Shown: positions 1 through 12,204, counted from the stretch's first letter. The stretch: 64,000 nt of DNA from Longimicrobiales bacterium (GCA_965116905.1 OZ220732.1:3968001-4032000); one strand, 5' to 3'. Numbers and translations: made by a program. The notes: generated by a model from the letters alone, not told the origin.

Positions 1-979
1 AAAGACCCGCCCGCGCGATCATCGCTCCGTTGTCCATCGACAGCCGGGGCGATCCCGCAAACAGGCGCCCTCGCTGCCCCAGCCCGTTGCGGATCCGGGT
101 CCTCAAGGCACTGTTTGCCGCGACGCCGCCTCCCAGCAGCACCCGGCCGCAGCCTGTGGCCGCGACCGCCGCGAGCACCTTGCCCGCGAGCACGTCGATG
201 ACGGCGGTCTGGAACGAGGCAGCCAGGTGCGGCCGTTCGGCATCGATGGTGCCGGCCTCCTTCAGTCGCATCGCCGTCCGCGCGACGGCCGTTTTCAGTC
301 CGGAGAAGGAGAAGTCGAAGTCTCCGGCCGCGGCCACCGCGGAGCCGCCACGAAGGCGCGCGACCGTGCTCAGCATGGGACGGGGGAACCTGTACCGGTC
401 CGGGTCGCCGGAGGCAGCGGCCGCGGAAACGGCCGGACCGCCCGGGTAGGGGAGACCGAGGAGCTTGCCCACCTTGTCGAATGCCTCGCCGGCGGCATCG
501 TCGCGCGTCTCGCCCATCAGATGGTAGCTGCCCCACGCGGGAACCCAGATCAGGAGCGTGTGTCCGCCCGAGACGAGGAGTGCGACGAAGGGCGGCTCCG
601 CTTCGGGGTCCTCCAGCACGGGGCCGAAGATGTGCCCCTCCATGTGGTGCACCGGGACCATGGGAACGCCGAGCGCCAGCGCCGACGCGCGCGACCAGGT
701 CACTCCGACCAGAAGCGCCCCGATCAGCCCCGGGCCGGCCGCCACCGCGATGGCGCCCAGGTCCCGCCGCTCGATGCCGGCTTCGCTCAGGGCGGCCGAC
801 ACGACGGGCTCGATCCGCATGAGGTGGTCCCGGGCGGCGAGCTCCGGGACCACGCCGCCGTAGATCCGGTGCACATCCTGGGAGTGCACCACGAGGCTGC
901 GGATCGCCCCGTCGCGGCCCAGCACGGACGCAGACGTCTCATCGCAGGTCGTTTCGATCCCCAGAATCGGCCCGGTCAC
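1..979 (-). CDS. tsaD: tRNA N6-adenosine threonylcarbamoyltransferase TsaD (3' end runs off window)
   Basis: Not in the ORF track because there is no stop in the window. Manual translation from GTG at 979 gives VTGPILGIETTCDETSASV...HRIYGGVVPELAARDH...HHMEGH...SMDNGAMIA. The start overlaps the upstream stop (GTGA). Confidence 0.93.
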   Translation of the reverse strand, partial: MTGPILGIETTCDETSASVLGRDGAIRSLVVHSQDVHRIYGGVVPELAARDHLMRIEPVVSAALSEAGIERRDLGAIAVAAGPGLIGALLVGVTWSRASALALGVPMVPVHHMEGHIFGPVLEDPEAEPPFVALLVSGGHTLLIWVPAWGSYHLMGETRDDAAGEAFDKVGKLLGLPYPGGPAVSAAAASGDPDRYRFPRPMLSTVARLRGGSAVAAAGDFDFSFSGLKTAVARTAMRLKEAGTIDAERPHLAASFQTAVIDVLAGKVLAAVAATGCGRVLLGGGVAANSALRTRIRNGLGQRGRLFAGSPRLSMDNGAMIARAGL

Positions 980-1932
980 GGCGCCTCATCCCTGCGGACC
1001 GAGACCGAGTCCGGTTCGACAATCCCTTCGACCCACTGTGGCAATCCGCTCAGGGCGACGGGAACCCGGGCATCTTCCACCTCTTCGAGTGTTCGCCGCA
1101 ATTCCTCGGCGGTCGGGACGACGCGCAGTCTGAGCGCGGACGAGTCCACCCGCGCCAGCACCTCGCCCGCTCCATACAAGGTGACCGGGACGGTCGCGGG
1201 ATCAACCACCAGATCGTCACCGCCTCCCGGGATCGCCACCGTCAACGCCACGACGCGGCTCTGCTTCGAGGCCACCTCCACGGTCAGCGTGGCGGAGACC
1301 GGGTTCACCGCCAACCCTCCGAGACCGGCCGTATCGAGGGCGACGTCGAATCGCCCGGATTCGGTGACCCCGCCCAGATCGAACGGCTCGAGGAACACCG
1401 TCTCCAGCTCGTCCACGAGGGAGGCGGCGCCCCGGACCCGGGTGAACAGGAGGTTGGCGCGCGGCTCGGCCACCATGGCCAGCGAATCGGACAATGCGCC
1501 GCTCAGGCGGACCGAAACGGGTATCTCCTCCTCCTTGTTCCTCTCGAAGAGCAGTCGTACCGAGCTGGGGGCGAAGTTCTCGATCGTGACGCTGCTTCTG
1601 TCCACGTTGCTTACCCAGTCCGGAATCAGCGTGACCACCGAGTCCTCGCCGAGAACGGAGTCCACGCGGATCACCATCGCGGGCTGAGACATCGCGACGC
1701 GTACCAGCTCGCCCTGCGGACCACTCACGCTCATCTGCACGGTGGGCGGCAGCGGCGGCGCCTTCAGAAACCAGTCGCGGTGGACCTGCTCCACCCTGAC
1801 CTCCACATCGGGGATGGTCAGGCGCGCGGTGCGGTCGTCGGTCAGCCGCATGGTCACCCATAGCAGCACCGCAAGCGCCAGGGCCGAGATCTTGAGCCGC
1901 CAGTTGCGCACGATCACCCCGGACAGGGACAC
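976..1932 (-). CDS. YbbR/CdaR-like membrane-anchored protein
   Basis: N-terminal NWRLKISALALAVLLW anchor typical of YbbR/CdaR, followed by repeated beta-rich domains (PTVQMSVSGP, PSSVRL, PATVPVTLYG). Confidence 0.75.
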   Translation of the reverse strand: MSLSGVIVRNWRLKISALALAVLLWVTMRLTDDRTARLTIPDVEVRVEQVHRDWFLKAPPLPPTVQMSVSGPQGELVRVAMSQPAMVIRVDSVLGEDSVVTLIPDWVSNVDRSSVTIENFAPSSVRLLFERNKEEEIPVSVRLSGALSDSLAMVAEPRANLLFTRVRGAASLVDELETVFLEPFDLGGVTESGRFDVALDTAGLGGLAVNPVSATLTVEVASKQSRVVALTVAIPGGGDDLVVDPATVPVTLYGAGEVLARVDSSALRLRVVPTAEELRRTLEEVEDARVPVALSGLPQWVEGIVEPDSVSVRRDEAP

Positions 1933-1935
1933 GGG

Positions 1936-2490
1936 TCAAAGAGCTCCGGCCAGGCGGCGAACCAGCGCGACGTTGGACTCCGAGTCCCACGCGGTGGCGC
2001 CGGCCACCTTCTTGTAGATCACGCCATCCGGGCCGATCAGGAACGATTCCGGCACCGCCGACGCCTGGTAGATGCGCTGGATGCGCCCGGACGGATCGAG
2101 AAGAACGGGGAACGTGAGCGCAAGATCGCGCGCGAAGGCGACCGGGTCTCCGCCGACGTTGCCCGACGGATCCACGCTTCCGCCGGGAGCATCGACGCTA
2201 ATGGCCGCGATCTCGAATTCATCACGCGAGAACTGATCGTAGAGACGCTGCATGGAAGGCATCTCCTCCCGGCACGGCGCACACCACGTGGCCCAGATGT
2301 TCAGAAGGACGACCTTGCCGCCGTAGTCCTCCAGGGTGACCGGGTTCCCCTCGGCATCGGCCACCTCGAACCCCGGCGCCGGATACCCGGACACGACGGG
2401 CTGGATGCGCCCGCGCGTCAGCCATGCAACGAGCACGACCCCCATCACGACGACGGCGGCCAGGAGGTACGGAGCGCGGCTCGCTTTCAC
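1936..2490 (-). CDS. TlpA/ResA-family thiol-disulfide oxidoreductase
   Basis: N-terminal TM helix, GKVVLLNIWATWCAPCREEMP (CxxC) and VPESFLIGPDG cis-Pro motif. Confidence 0.9.
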   Translation of the reverse strand: MKASRAPYLLAAVVVMGVVLVAWLTRGRIQPVVSGYPAPGFEVADAEGNPVTLEDYGGKVVLLNIWATWCAPCREEMPSMQRLYDQFSRDEFEIAAISVDAPGGSVDPSGNVGGDPVAFARDLALTFPVLLDPSGRIQRIYQASAVPESFLIGPDGVIYKKVAGATAWDSESNVALVRRLAGAL

Positions 2491-2491
2491 C

Positions 2492-3346
2492 CTAGGGCTC
2501 CCTGATCATTGCCTGCCCGACCGTCAGTCGGACAGCAGTTCCGGCTTCGACTTGAGTGTACGCTACGGGGTGTTGGGCGAACACCCGGTCCACATTCAAT
2601 ATGCTGTAACGCATGTCGAATTCCGACACGACCAGGCCCAGCATGTCCAGCACGGCGATTGCATCCTCGATCCACAGCCCGGCCAGGTCGGGGATGGGCA
2701 GGGTTGGCGGCCCCAGGCTTACCTCCATGCGCACGGCTCCGGGGAGCGCCAGTTCGGTGCCCGGCGCCGGATCGATCTGAAGCACCCGTCCCGCCGCAGC
2801 CTCGGATTCGACCGTGTCCACCTGGACCACGAAGCCGCTTGCTTCGAGTACCCGCGCGGCGCGGCCGCCGAGCAGTCGCGTCACGTCCGGTACGGCACCG
2901 ATTTCGGGTCCGAGAGAGAGCGTGAGGCGCACCCCGGCACCCGGGAGCGCCGTCCGGCCGGGGAGGGGACTCTGTCCGATGACCGTACCTGCCGCAATCA
3001 CGGGATGATGCACCGAGTCCACCCGCGCAACAGTCAGACCCGAATCCGCAAGCTGCGCCACGGCCGGCCCGAAAACGCTGCCCGCCAGGTCCGGCACGCC
3101 CTGGAAGGAAGGAGGTGCCGCAGCCGGGGGAAAGACGAGCCTCGTCGCCACCAGGTATCCCGATATCACGCCGGCGGCCGCAATCGCGATGGCCAGCCGG
3201 GTGGACTTTCCCACCGCCAGGGCCGGCAGGCGCGGGGACTTTCGGGCGGGCCGGCGAGGGGACTCTCGGGCGGACCGGCGCCGGGACTTTCGGGCGGGCG
3301 AGCGAGGGGACTTTCGTCTCCGGCGGATCGAGCTGCCCAGATCCAT
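2492..3346 (-). CDS. PASTA domain-containing membrane protein (3 PASTA repeats, no kinase domain)
   Basis: Basic N-terminal tail, one TM helix, then three VPD-x-GxVxxQxPxPG-x-VxLxxS repeats. Confidence 0.85.
   Translation of the reverse strand: MDLGSSIRRRRKSPRSPARKSRRRSARESPRRPARKSPRLPALAVGKSTRLAIAIAAAGVISGYLVATRLVFPPAAAPPSFQGVPDLAGSVFGPAVAQLADSGLTVARVDSVHHPVIAAGTVIGQSPLPGRTALPGAGVRLTLSLGPEIGAVPDVTRLLGGRAARVLEASGFVVQVDTVESEAAAGRVLQIDPAPGTELALPGAVRMEVSLGPPTLPIPDLAGLWIEDAIAVLDMLGLVVSEFDMRYSILNVDRVFAQHPVAYTQVEAGTAVRLTVGQAMIREP
3230..3316. repeat. 24-bp imperfect tandem repeat (about 3.6 copies), in frame
   Basis: GCGCGGGGACTTTCGGGCGGGCCG-like units at 3230, 3254, 3278 and 3302; encodes RKSPRSPA-type repeats. 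Confidence 0.9.
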
Positions 3347-4674
3347 CAGCCGCCCACCCGTCGCAGGCGTGCCGCGAACGCACCGTCGAAGCCGCTCTCG
3401 TGCGGCAGCACCACCAGGCAGCCGCGTGCGTCCAGGAAACGTTCGGGGGCGGTCCCGGGTTGCACGCGGAAGTCCGGATGCCGTGCTAGGAATCTCTTCA
3501 CCTGACCCCAGTTCTCCTCTGGCTCAAGGGCACATGTAGCGTAAACCAGGAGCCCGCCCCGGGGAACCGCGGCGGCCGCACCCCGAAGGATCTCGCGCTG
3601 CAAGCCGGCCAGGACGCGAAGATCGCGTTCGCCGACCCGCCATCGGCCATCCGGGTGCCGTCGCAGGGTCCCGGTCCCGCTGCACGGTACGTCGACAACC
3701 ACCGTTCCGGCTTCACGTAGCGGAGGAAAACGGGCGTCCGCCACAACCAGCCACGCGTTCGCGGCCAGCCGTCGCCGGGCTTCCGCCACCCTCGCAAGGC
3801 GTTTGGGGGACAGGTCGGCGGCGACCACGCCCTCCGCAGCGTCCGTCAGCGCCATGGCCTTGCCCCCGGGGGCGGCGCAGAGGTCCGCGACCAGCGACCC
3901 CGGGTCCGGCGAGACGTAGTCCACCACCAACGATGCCGCGGGGTCCTGAATGACACCGGGCACGGCCTGGAGCGCCTCGGCCGGATCCACGCCTCGCGGC
4001 AGCCGACACGCCGTAGCCCCATTCACGACCGACGCGTCCAGGCCCGCGTCGCGCAGCGCGTGCCTCGCCTGCGCCGCGTCCATGCCCACCGGACGCAGAT
4101 AGATGGCCGGCTCGCAGTTGTTCGCGTCGACCAGCCGCCGCGCAGCCCCCGCCCCGAAGTGCCGGATCCACCTGCGCACCAGCCAGCCGGGATGCGATCC
4201 CCAGGACTCGAGGTAGCCCGCAGGATCGCTTTCCGGATCGGGAAACGCGTGCTTCCCGTGGCCAGAGGCGACCACCTTCCGCAAGACCGCGTTGACCAGA
4301 CCCGCGGCCGCTCGTTTCGGCGTTCCCTTGATCTGCGCCACCGACTGCGAGACGGCGGCGTAGTCCGGCACGCCGTCCATTTCCAGGATCTGATAGGCGC
4401 CCAGGCGCAACACGGTGCGCACCTCCGGATCCAGCTCCGTCACGGGACAGGCGCTGTGCCGGTTGAGAACGGTGTCGATCCTGCCCCTGAGCCGCACGGT
4501 CCCGTAGACCAGCGTCCGGATCCAGGCCCGCCTCGGCGAGGAGGGCGCGCTCGACCTCTCCCACGCCACGTCGAGCCGCCGGCCGGACTCGACCTGTCCC
4601 AGTATGGATGCTGCCAGGAGCCGTTCGGGCGATGCGCCGCGCCCCCTTCGCCGCCGTGCGCGGCGCTCGGTCAT
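3346..4674 (-). CDS. rsmB: 16S rRNA m5C967 methyltransferase RsmB/Sun
   Basis: NusB-like N-terminus (LRLGAYQI, GLVNAVLR), DLCAAPGGK, DVPCSGTGT and YATCALEPEEN motifs. Confidence 0.92.
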   Translation of the reverse strand: MTERRARRRRGRGASPERLLAASILGQVESGRRLDVAWERSSAPSSPRRAWIRTLVYGTVRLRGRIDTVLNRHSACPVTELDPEVRTVLRLGAYQILEMDGVPDYAAVSQSVAQIKGTPKRAAAGLVNAVLRKVVASGHGKHAFPDPESDPAGYLESWGSHPGWLVRRWIRHFGAGAARRLVDANNCEPAIYLRPVGMDAAQARHALRDAGLDASVVNGATACRLPRGVDPAEALQAVPGVIQDPAASLVVDYVSPDPGSLVADLCAAPGGKAMALTDAAEGVVAADLSPKRLARVAEARRRLAANAWLVVADARFPPLREAGTVVVDVPCSGTGTLRRHPDGRWRVGERDLRVLAGLQREILRGAAAAVPRGGLLVYATCALEPEENWGQVKRFLARHPDFRVQPGTAPERFLDARGCLVVLPHESGFDGAFAARLRRVGG

Positions 4675-5459
4675 GTGTTCTCCCGATCGAGCATTCCCTC
4701 TGCGGGCGACGACGGCACCGCGATCTCGCGCGCCTGCATTCTTCCCGCGAGGTAGGCCTCCCTCCCCGCGCGCACCGCGAGTTCCATCGCGCGGGCCATT
4801 TGCACGGGATCATCCGCGGCCGCAATGGCGGTGTTCATCAGCACCGCGTCGACGCCCTGTTCCATGGTCACGCACGCGTCCGATGCCGTGCCCACGCCCG
4901 CGTCCACGATGACCGGCACCGAGAGCCGCCGCTTGATTTCGCGAATGTAGTACGGGTTGACCACCCCAAGGCCACTGCCGATCGGGCTCGCCAGCGGCAT
5001 CACCGCCACGCACCCCGCGTCCTCGAGCCGCAGGGCCGTGATGAGGTCGTCACTGGTATAGGCCATCACCTTGAACCCGTCCGCGACCAGCTCGGCCGCG
5101 GCCTCCAGCGTCGCGGCGGTGTCGGGAAGCAGGGTGCGCTCGTCGCCGATGACCTCGAGCTTGACCCAGTCGTTGAGCCCGGCCGCGCGTCCAAGCCGGG
5201 CGTATCGCAGGGCATCGGCCACCGTGTAGCACCCCGCGGTGTTCGGCAGGAGGAAGAACCGCGAGGGGTCGAGATGGTGAAGGATTCCCTCTTCGCGGCT
5301 GCGGTCCAGGTCGACCCTCCGCACGGCCACCGTAACCATTTCCGCCCCGCTGGCCCGGATCGCGTCCACCATCTCCCGGTTGCTGCGGTATTTGCCGGTC
5401 CCGACGATCAGGCGCGAGTCAAAGCTCCGCCCTCCAATGACGAACGAGCTGTCCTTCAC
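4671..5459 (-). CDS. thiG: Thiazole synthase ThiG
   Basis: SRLIVGTGKY, LPNTAGC, WVKLEVIGD, MPLASPIGSG and DAGVGTASDA motifs. Confidence 0.96.
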   Translation of the reverse strand: MKDSSFVIGGRSFDSRLIVGTGKYRSNREMVDAIRASGAEMVTVAVRRVDLDRSREEGILHHLDPSRFFLLPNTAGCYTVADALRYARLGRAAGLNDWVKLEVIGDERTLLPDTAATLEAAAELVADGFKVMAYTSDDLITALRLEDAGCVAVMPLASPIGSGLGVVNPYYIREIKRRLSVPVIVDAGVGTASDACVTMEQGVDAVLMNTAIAAADDPVQMARAMELAVRAGREAYLAGRMQAREIAVPSSPAEGMLDRENT

Positions 5460-5465
5460 GGCCCG

Positions 5466-5702
5466 CTACCCTCCTCCGACGAAGTGCACGAGTTCAATCC
5501 GGTCGCCCTCCTCGACCTGTGCGTCCGCGAGCGCGTCGCGGGCGAGGATCCGGCGGTTGTGCTCCACCACGACCATGCCCGGCTCCAGCTCCAGTTGCCG
5601 CAACAGCGCCCGGACGCTCAACCCCGCCTCGACCACCCGGGGCTTGCCGTTCAGCACGATGGACACCTCCCGGCGTCCCTTGTCGATTCCGGCTGTCGTC
5701 AC
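5466..5702 (-). CDS. thiS: Sulfur carrier protein ThiS
   Basis: 78 aa ubiquitin-like protein ending IELVHFVGGG, adjacent to thiG. Confidence 0.93.
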   Translation of the reverse strand: MTTAGIDKGRREVSIVLNGKPRVVEAGLSVRALLRQLELEPGMVVVEHNRRILARDALADAQVEEGDRIELVHFVGGG

Positions 5703-6397
5703 GGCTCGGCCCCCTTGTCCAGCACTTCAAGGTAGCCACTCACCGCGTCGGGCGGATGGTCCGCCGCCCACACCCCGCTCAGGACCACCGCACCGTACGC
5801 GCCCTCGGCCAGGACGCCCGGCAGCGTGGCCGGCACGATTCCCCCGATGGCGAGCACGGGGACGCCGGCCAGCCGCACGGCCTCCGCCACGGTTCCCGGT
5901 CCGAGTGTCTCGCGCCCCGGGTGTGACGGAGTCGGGTAGACGGTCCCCAGCACCAGGTAGTCCAGCAGGTCCGCATTGAACATCGCGGCCTGCCGGAGGT
6001 CGTGGATGGATCTGCCGACCCGCAGACCTGCTGCATCCGCCGCCGCGCTGCCCGCAACCCGCAGCACGTCGGCGGGAGCGAGCGAGTCTTCGCGCAGGTG
6101 GACGCCGCCGGCCCCCGCCGCGAGCGCCACGTCCAGGCGGTCGTTGACCACCGCCATCGACCCCGTCGCGCGCGCGGTCTCCGCCAACCACCGCGCCACC
6201 TCGAAGAGCCGGGCCGTGTGCACGGTCCGCGCCCGCAGGTGGACCGCGAGCGACCCGCCTCCAGCCTGAAGGATCGGGTCGATCCGCTCACGATAGTCGG
6301 GTGCCGAGATGATCGGGTCTCCCGCGATGACGTGGAGCCGCGGCAGACCCGACGCCGATCCCCGGTCCGCGCGCCTACTCGAAGCGGTCCCCGACAC
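5699..6397 (-). CDS. thiE: Thiamine-phosphate synthase (ThiE/TenI family)
   Basis: VNDRLDVALAAGAGGVHL, GRSIH, GTVYPTPSH and VLAIGGI motifs. Start placed at GTG 6397 (the track ORF extends to 6505 inside fmt); could be TenI-like. Confidence 0.8.
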   Translation of the reverse strand: MSGTASSRRADRGSASGLPRLHVIAGDPIISAPDYRERIDPILQAGGGSLAVHLRARTVHTARLFEVARWLAETARATGSMAVVNDRLDVALAAGAGGVHLREDSLAPADVLRVAGSAAADAAGLRVGRSIHDLRQAAMFNADLLDYLVLGTVYPTPSHPGRETLGPGTVAEAVRLAGVPVLAIGGIVPATLPGVLAEGAYGAVVLSGVWAADHPPDAVSGYLEVLDKGAEP

Positions 6398-7301
6398 CCG
6401 GCCCCCTGCCCCGGATCCATGCGGCGGCGTCCATGCGCCGCTTCCCGGGCGGCTGGACCTCGCCGACGCGGACAATCCCGTCTCCCGCCGCAACGGCAAG
6501 CCCACGCCTGGGATCGGCCTCCACGACGCGCCCCGGATCGCCCGTACCCCCGGCGCCGCGCGCCCCGAAGAGCTTGACCGGCTGCCTGCGCCAGATCGTC
6601 CACGCGCCCGGCACGTCGTCCATGGCCCGGATCAGCCGCGCCACCTGCGTACCGCCCCGGCACCAGTCGATGCGCGCCGACGACCGGTCGACCTTGGGCG
6701 CGAACGTGGCCCGGGCGTGGTCCTGCTCCACCTCGTCCACCGGCCCCGCCTCCAGCCGCGCCAGCGTCTCGGCGAGCAACGACGCGCCCAGCTCCGAGAG
6801 TCGAGCGGAGAGGAGCGCGGCGGTGTCCGCCGGCCCGATGGGACACTCGGCCGCGGCGAGGATCGGGCCCGCGTCCATCTTCTCCACCATGCGCATCACC
6901 GTGACGCCGGTCACCGGGTGGCCCCGCGCGATGGCCCAGGTGATGGGCGCCGCACCGCGCAGCACCGGAAGAAGCGACGCATGGACGTTGATCGACCCCA
7001 GCGGAGGTGCATCCAGAACGTCGCGCGAGAGGATCCGCCCGTAGGCGACGACGACGGAAATGTCCGGCGCAGCCGCGCGAAGTTCCTCCACGAACGTGCC
7101 GCCGCGCGGATCCTCGGGAGTCAGCACGCGGTGGCCACGGGATCGGGCGAAGCTCGCAACCGGCGACAGCGAGGGCTTTCGGCCCCGTCCCCGCGGGCGC
7201 TCCGGCTGCGTGACCACGCCGACGATCGTGTGGCCGGCACGCTCAACCGCCCGCAGCGACGGGATCGTGAAGTCGGGCGTGCCCCAGAAGAGGACGCGCA
7301 C
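6375..7301 (-). CDS. fmt: Methionyl-tRNA formyltransferase
   Basis: MRVLFWGTPDF, VVTQPERPRGRG, INVHASLLPVLRGAAPI and MDAGPIL motifs. Confidence 0.96.
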   Translation of the reverse strand: MRVLFWGTPDFTIPSLRAVERAGHTIVGVVTQPERPRGRGRKPSLSPVASFARSRGHRVLTPEDPRGGTFVEELRAAAPDISVVVAYGRILSRDVLDAPPLGSINVHASLLPVLRGAAPITWAIARGHPVTGVTVMRMVEKMDAGPILAAAECPIGPADTAALLSARLSELGASLLAETLARLEAGPVDEVEQDHARATFAPKVDRSSARIDWCRGGTQVARLIRAMDDVPGAWTIWRRQPVKLFGARGAGGTGDPGRVVEADPRRGLAVAAGDGIVRVGEVQPPGKRRMDAAAWIRGRGPGVGDRFE

Positions 7302-7349
7302 GCTAGCGCCGGGCGAATGGCGGAGGGGTTGCGTCCACGGGCTGCCAGC

Positions 7350-7859
7350 TCAGCTCCGGCCCTTGCCCTTTCGCCACTTCCTGAGGAGGATTCCTCGCTT
7401 CAGCGACGAAAGCCGGTCGATGAACAACACGCCGTCCAGGTGGTCCACCTCGTGCTGCAGCGCCCGGGCCAGCAAGCCGTCGGCCTCGATCCGCACCGGT
7501 TCACCCTCGGGTGACAGGGCTTCGACCGCGACCTCCAGGGAACGGGTGACCGTTTCCTCCAGCCCCGGCATGCTCAGGCACCCCTCGGTTTCCTTGCCGG
7601 TCTCACGGCTCGCTTCGACGACTACGGGGTTGATCAGGGCGTGCACGTGTCTCTCTTCATCCTCGTCGGCCACGTCCACAACCAGAATCCTCTGCGAGAC
7701 GCCCACCTGCGGCGCGGCCAGGCCGATCCCCTCCGCATCGTACATGGTGTCGAACATGTCCCGGATCAGGAGGCGGGTCTCGTCGGTCACCGCGCCGACC
7801 GGAGACGCCTTCTCACGGAGGACCTTCGCGCCCATGATCTCGATATCGAGTACTGCCAC
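7350..7859 (-). CDS. def: Peptide deformylase
   Basis: GIGLAAPQVG, EGCLS and QHEVDHLDG motifs. Confidence 0.97.
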   Translation of the reverse strand: MAVLDIEIMGAKVLREKASPVGAVTDETRLLIRDMFDTMYDAEGIGLAAPQVGVSQRILVVDVADEDEERHVHALINPVVVEASRETGKETEGCLSMPGLEETVTRSLEVAVEALSPEGEPVRIEADGLLARALQHEVDHLDGVLFIDRLSSLKRGILLRKWRKGKGRS

Positions 7860-7868
7860 GGGATCGCC

Positions 7869-8219
7869 CTACTTCGTGGCGCCTTCGTCCTCGGTCTTGC
7901 GCGCAATGTGCCCGCGGTCGACCACGAGGCGCGTGTTCTCGCCGCTCCTGATCGTGAGCTCGGTGTCGGTGGCGTGGACGATCACCCCGATGATGCCGCC
8001 GTTGGTCATCACGCGGTCACCCTTCGACAGCGTCTGCAGCATCTGCTGGTGCCGCTTCCTCTCCTTCTGCTGGGGCCTGATCAGAATGAAGTAGAAGATG
8101 GCGATCATCAGAACGATCTGGAAAAGAAAGACGGTCATGTTGTTGCCGCCCTCGCGGGGGACCAGCGGGGGCGACGGCATGAGCGCGGGCGCTGAGGCTG
8201 CGGCCGTGTAGAGTGACAA
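7869..8219 (-). CDS. yajC: Preprotein translocase subunit YajC
   Basis: IFYFILIRPQQKE...LSKGDRVMTNGGIIG. Start placed at TTG 8219 behind GAAGGA; a downstream ATG is also possible. Confidence 0.92.
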   Translation of the reverse strand: MSLYTAAASAPALMPSPPLVPREGGNNMTVFLFQIVLMIAIFYFILIRPQQKERKRHQQMLQTLSKGDRVMTNGGIIGVIVHATDTELTIRSGENTRLVVDRGHIARKTEDEGATK

Positions 8220-8253
8220 GTGTCTTCGTCCTTCGAACTGGGGTCGAACTGGG

Positions 8254-10523
<2,270 letters not shown>

Positions 10524-11585
10524 TCAGGTGAATAGCGTCGGCTGGCCCGCCGAGGGTTCCTCTCCGGGCCCCGCGCCACCCTCGCCGGGGACCGGACGCC
10601 CGAAGCGCGTGAACGCCTTGCCCGTGGCGACCCGTCCACGCGGACCCCGCATCATGAAGCCCTCCTGGATCAGGAAGGGCTCGTAGACCTCCTCGATCGT
10701 CCCCGCATCTTCGCCCAGGGCCACCGCCAGCGAATTCAGACCCACCGGTCCGCCCTCGAAGTTGTCGATGATGGTGAGGAGAATCCTGACGTCCATCGCG
10801 TCGAGCCCGTATTCGTCCACGTTGAGCAACCTCAGGGCATCGCGCACGACCGACGCGTCGAGCACCCCGTCCGCCCGCACCTGTGCAAAGTCGCGCACCC
10901 GCCGCAATAGCCGGTTGGCCACGCGGGGCGTCCCTCGCGCGCGCTTCGCCAGTTCCGCCGCGCCCGCGTCCGTCGCCTCCACACCGAGGATCTCCGCGCT
11001 CCTCTCGATGATCCGGGCCAGGTCGCTGCTCGGGTAGAAGTCGAGCCGCTCGGTGATGCCGAAGCGGGCCCTCATCGGCGCGGTAAGCAGGCCGAAGCGG
11101 GTGGTGGCCCCGACCAGGGTAAACGGCTCGACCGCCATCGTCATGGTCTGCGCCCTCGGACCCTCGGACAGCCTGACCTCGACCCTGAAGTCCTCCATGG
11201 CCGGATACAGGAACTCCTCGATCACGGGACGCAGACGGTGTATCTCGTCGATGAAGAGGATGTCCCCGGCGCGGAGGTTGGTCAGCGCGCCCACCAGATC
11301 GGCGGGCTTCTCGATCACCGGTCCGGACGTGCTTGTGATGTTCACGGCCATTTCCCGCGCCAGCAGCATCGCCAGCGTCGTCTTGCCCAGTCCCGGGGGC
11401 CCGTGGAAGAGGATGTGGTCAAGCGGCTCGCCGCGTTCCGTTGCGGCTTCGATGGAAATCCGCAGCCCTTCCTTCACGCTGTCCTGGCCGACGAAGTGCC
11501 CCAGCCGCTCCGGCCGCAGCGACGCATCGGCGCGCGTCTCCTGCGGGAGCACCTCGGGTGTCGTCACTTCCGTTCGTCTGGCCAT
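10524..11585 (-). CDS. ruvB: Holliday junction branch migration helicase RuvB
   Basis: [28 protein letters not shown] and [16 protein letters not shown] motifs; ATG at 11585. Confidence 0.97.
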   Translation of the reverse strand: MARRTEVTTPEVLPQETRADASLRPERLGHFVGQDSVKEGLRISIEAATERGEPLDHILFHGPPGLGKTTLAMLLAREMAVNITSTSGPVIEKPADLVGALTNLRAGDILFIDEIHRLRPVIEEFLYPAMEDFRVEVRLSEGPRAQTMTMAVEPFTLVGATTRFGLLTAPMRARFGITERLDFYPSSDLARIIERSAEILGVEATDAGAAELAKRARGTPRVANRLLRRVRDFAQVRADGVLDASVVRDALRLLNVDEYGLDAMDVRILLTIIDNFEGGPVGLNSLAVALGEDAGTIEEVYEPFLIQEGFMMRGPRGRVATGKAFTRFGRPVPGEGGAGPGEEPSAGQPTLFT

Positions 11586-11604
11586 GCCGTTGTAGTCGTC
11601 CCTC

Positions 11605-12204
11605 CTACGTTGCCGGGCCGGCGCGGTCCGCCAGCACACGCCGCACGAGTTCCTCCGTCGTCTCGTCGCCGCCGCCATCGGAGGCGCCCCGCACAGCCGC
11701 ATCGGCTTCGGTGAAGGAGTATCCGAGACTGATCAGGGCTGCCACCGCCTCTCCCGCCGTTCCCGAGTCCGGGTCGTCCCCTGCCTCGGTCACGGCAATG
11801 TCGCGGACCTTGTCGGACAGCTCCAGGATCACGCGTTCGGCGGTCTTCTTGCCCAGTCCACTGACCTGGATGAGGGCCTTGGCGTCCTGCTCGGCGATGG
11901 CCCGCGCAAGCCTGCCGGCGTGGTAGGCGCTCATCATGGCGAGAGCCAGCCGGGGACCCACCTTCTGCACGGTCAGAAGCCGCAGGAAGAGCACGCGCTC
12001 GCGCGTGTCCAGGAACCCGTACAGACTGGGCGTATCGTCGCGCACGATGTACGCGGTAAGGAGCTCCAGTTCATCGCCCTGGGGCGGAAGGCGATTGAAT
12101 ACCGTAAGCGGCACGTGCACCTCGTACACCACGCCGGAACCCGTGTCCACCTCGATCCGGTCGACGTCCAGACCGACCAGGCGGCCGCGAACCCGGCTGA
12201 TCAA
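11605..12204 (-). CDS. ruvA: Holliday junction DNA-binding protein RuvA
   Basis: MISRVRG, LYGF, HhH motifs KVGPRLAL and [24 protein letters not shown] start overlaps the ruvC stop. Confidence 0.95.
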   Translation of the reverse strand: MISRVRGRLVGLDVDRIEVDTGSGVVYEVHVPLTVFNRLPPQGDELELLTAYIVRDDTPSLYGFLDTRERVLFLRLLTVQKVGPRLALAMMSAYHAGRLARAIAEQDAKALIQVSGLGKKTAERVILELSDKVRDIAVTEAGDDPDSGTAGEAVAALISLGYSFTEADAAVRGASDGGGDETTEELVRRVLADRAGPAT

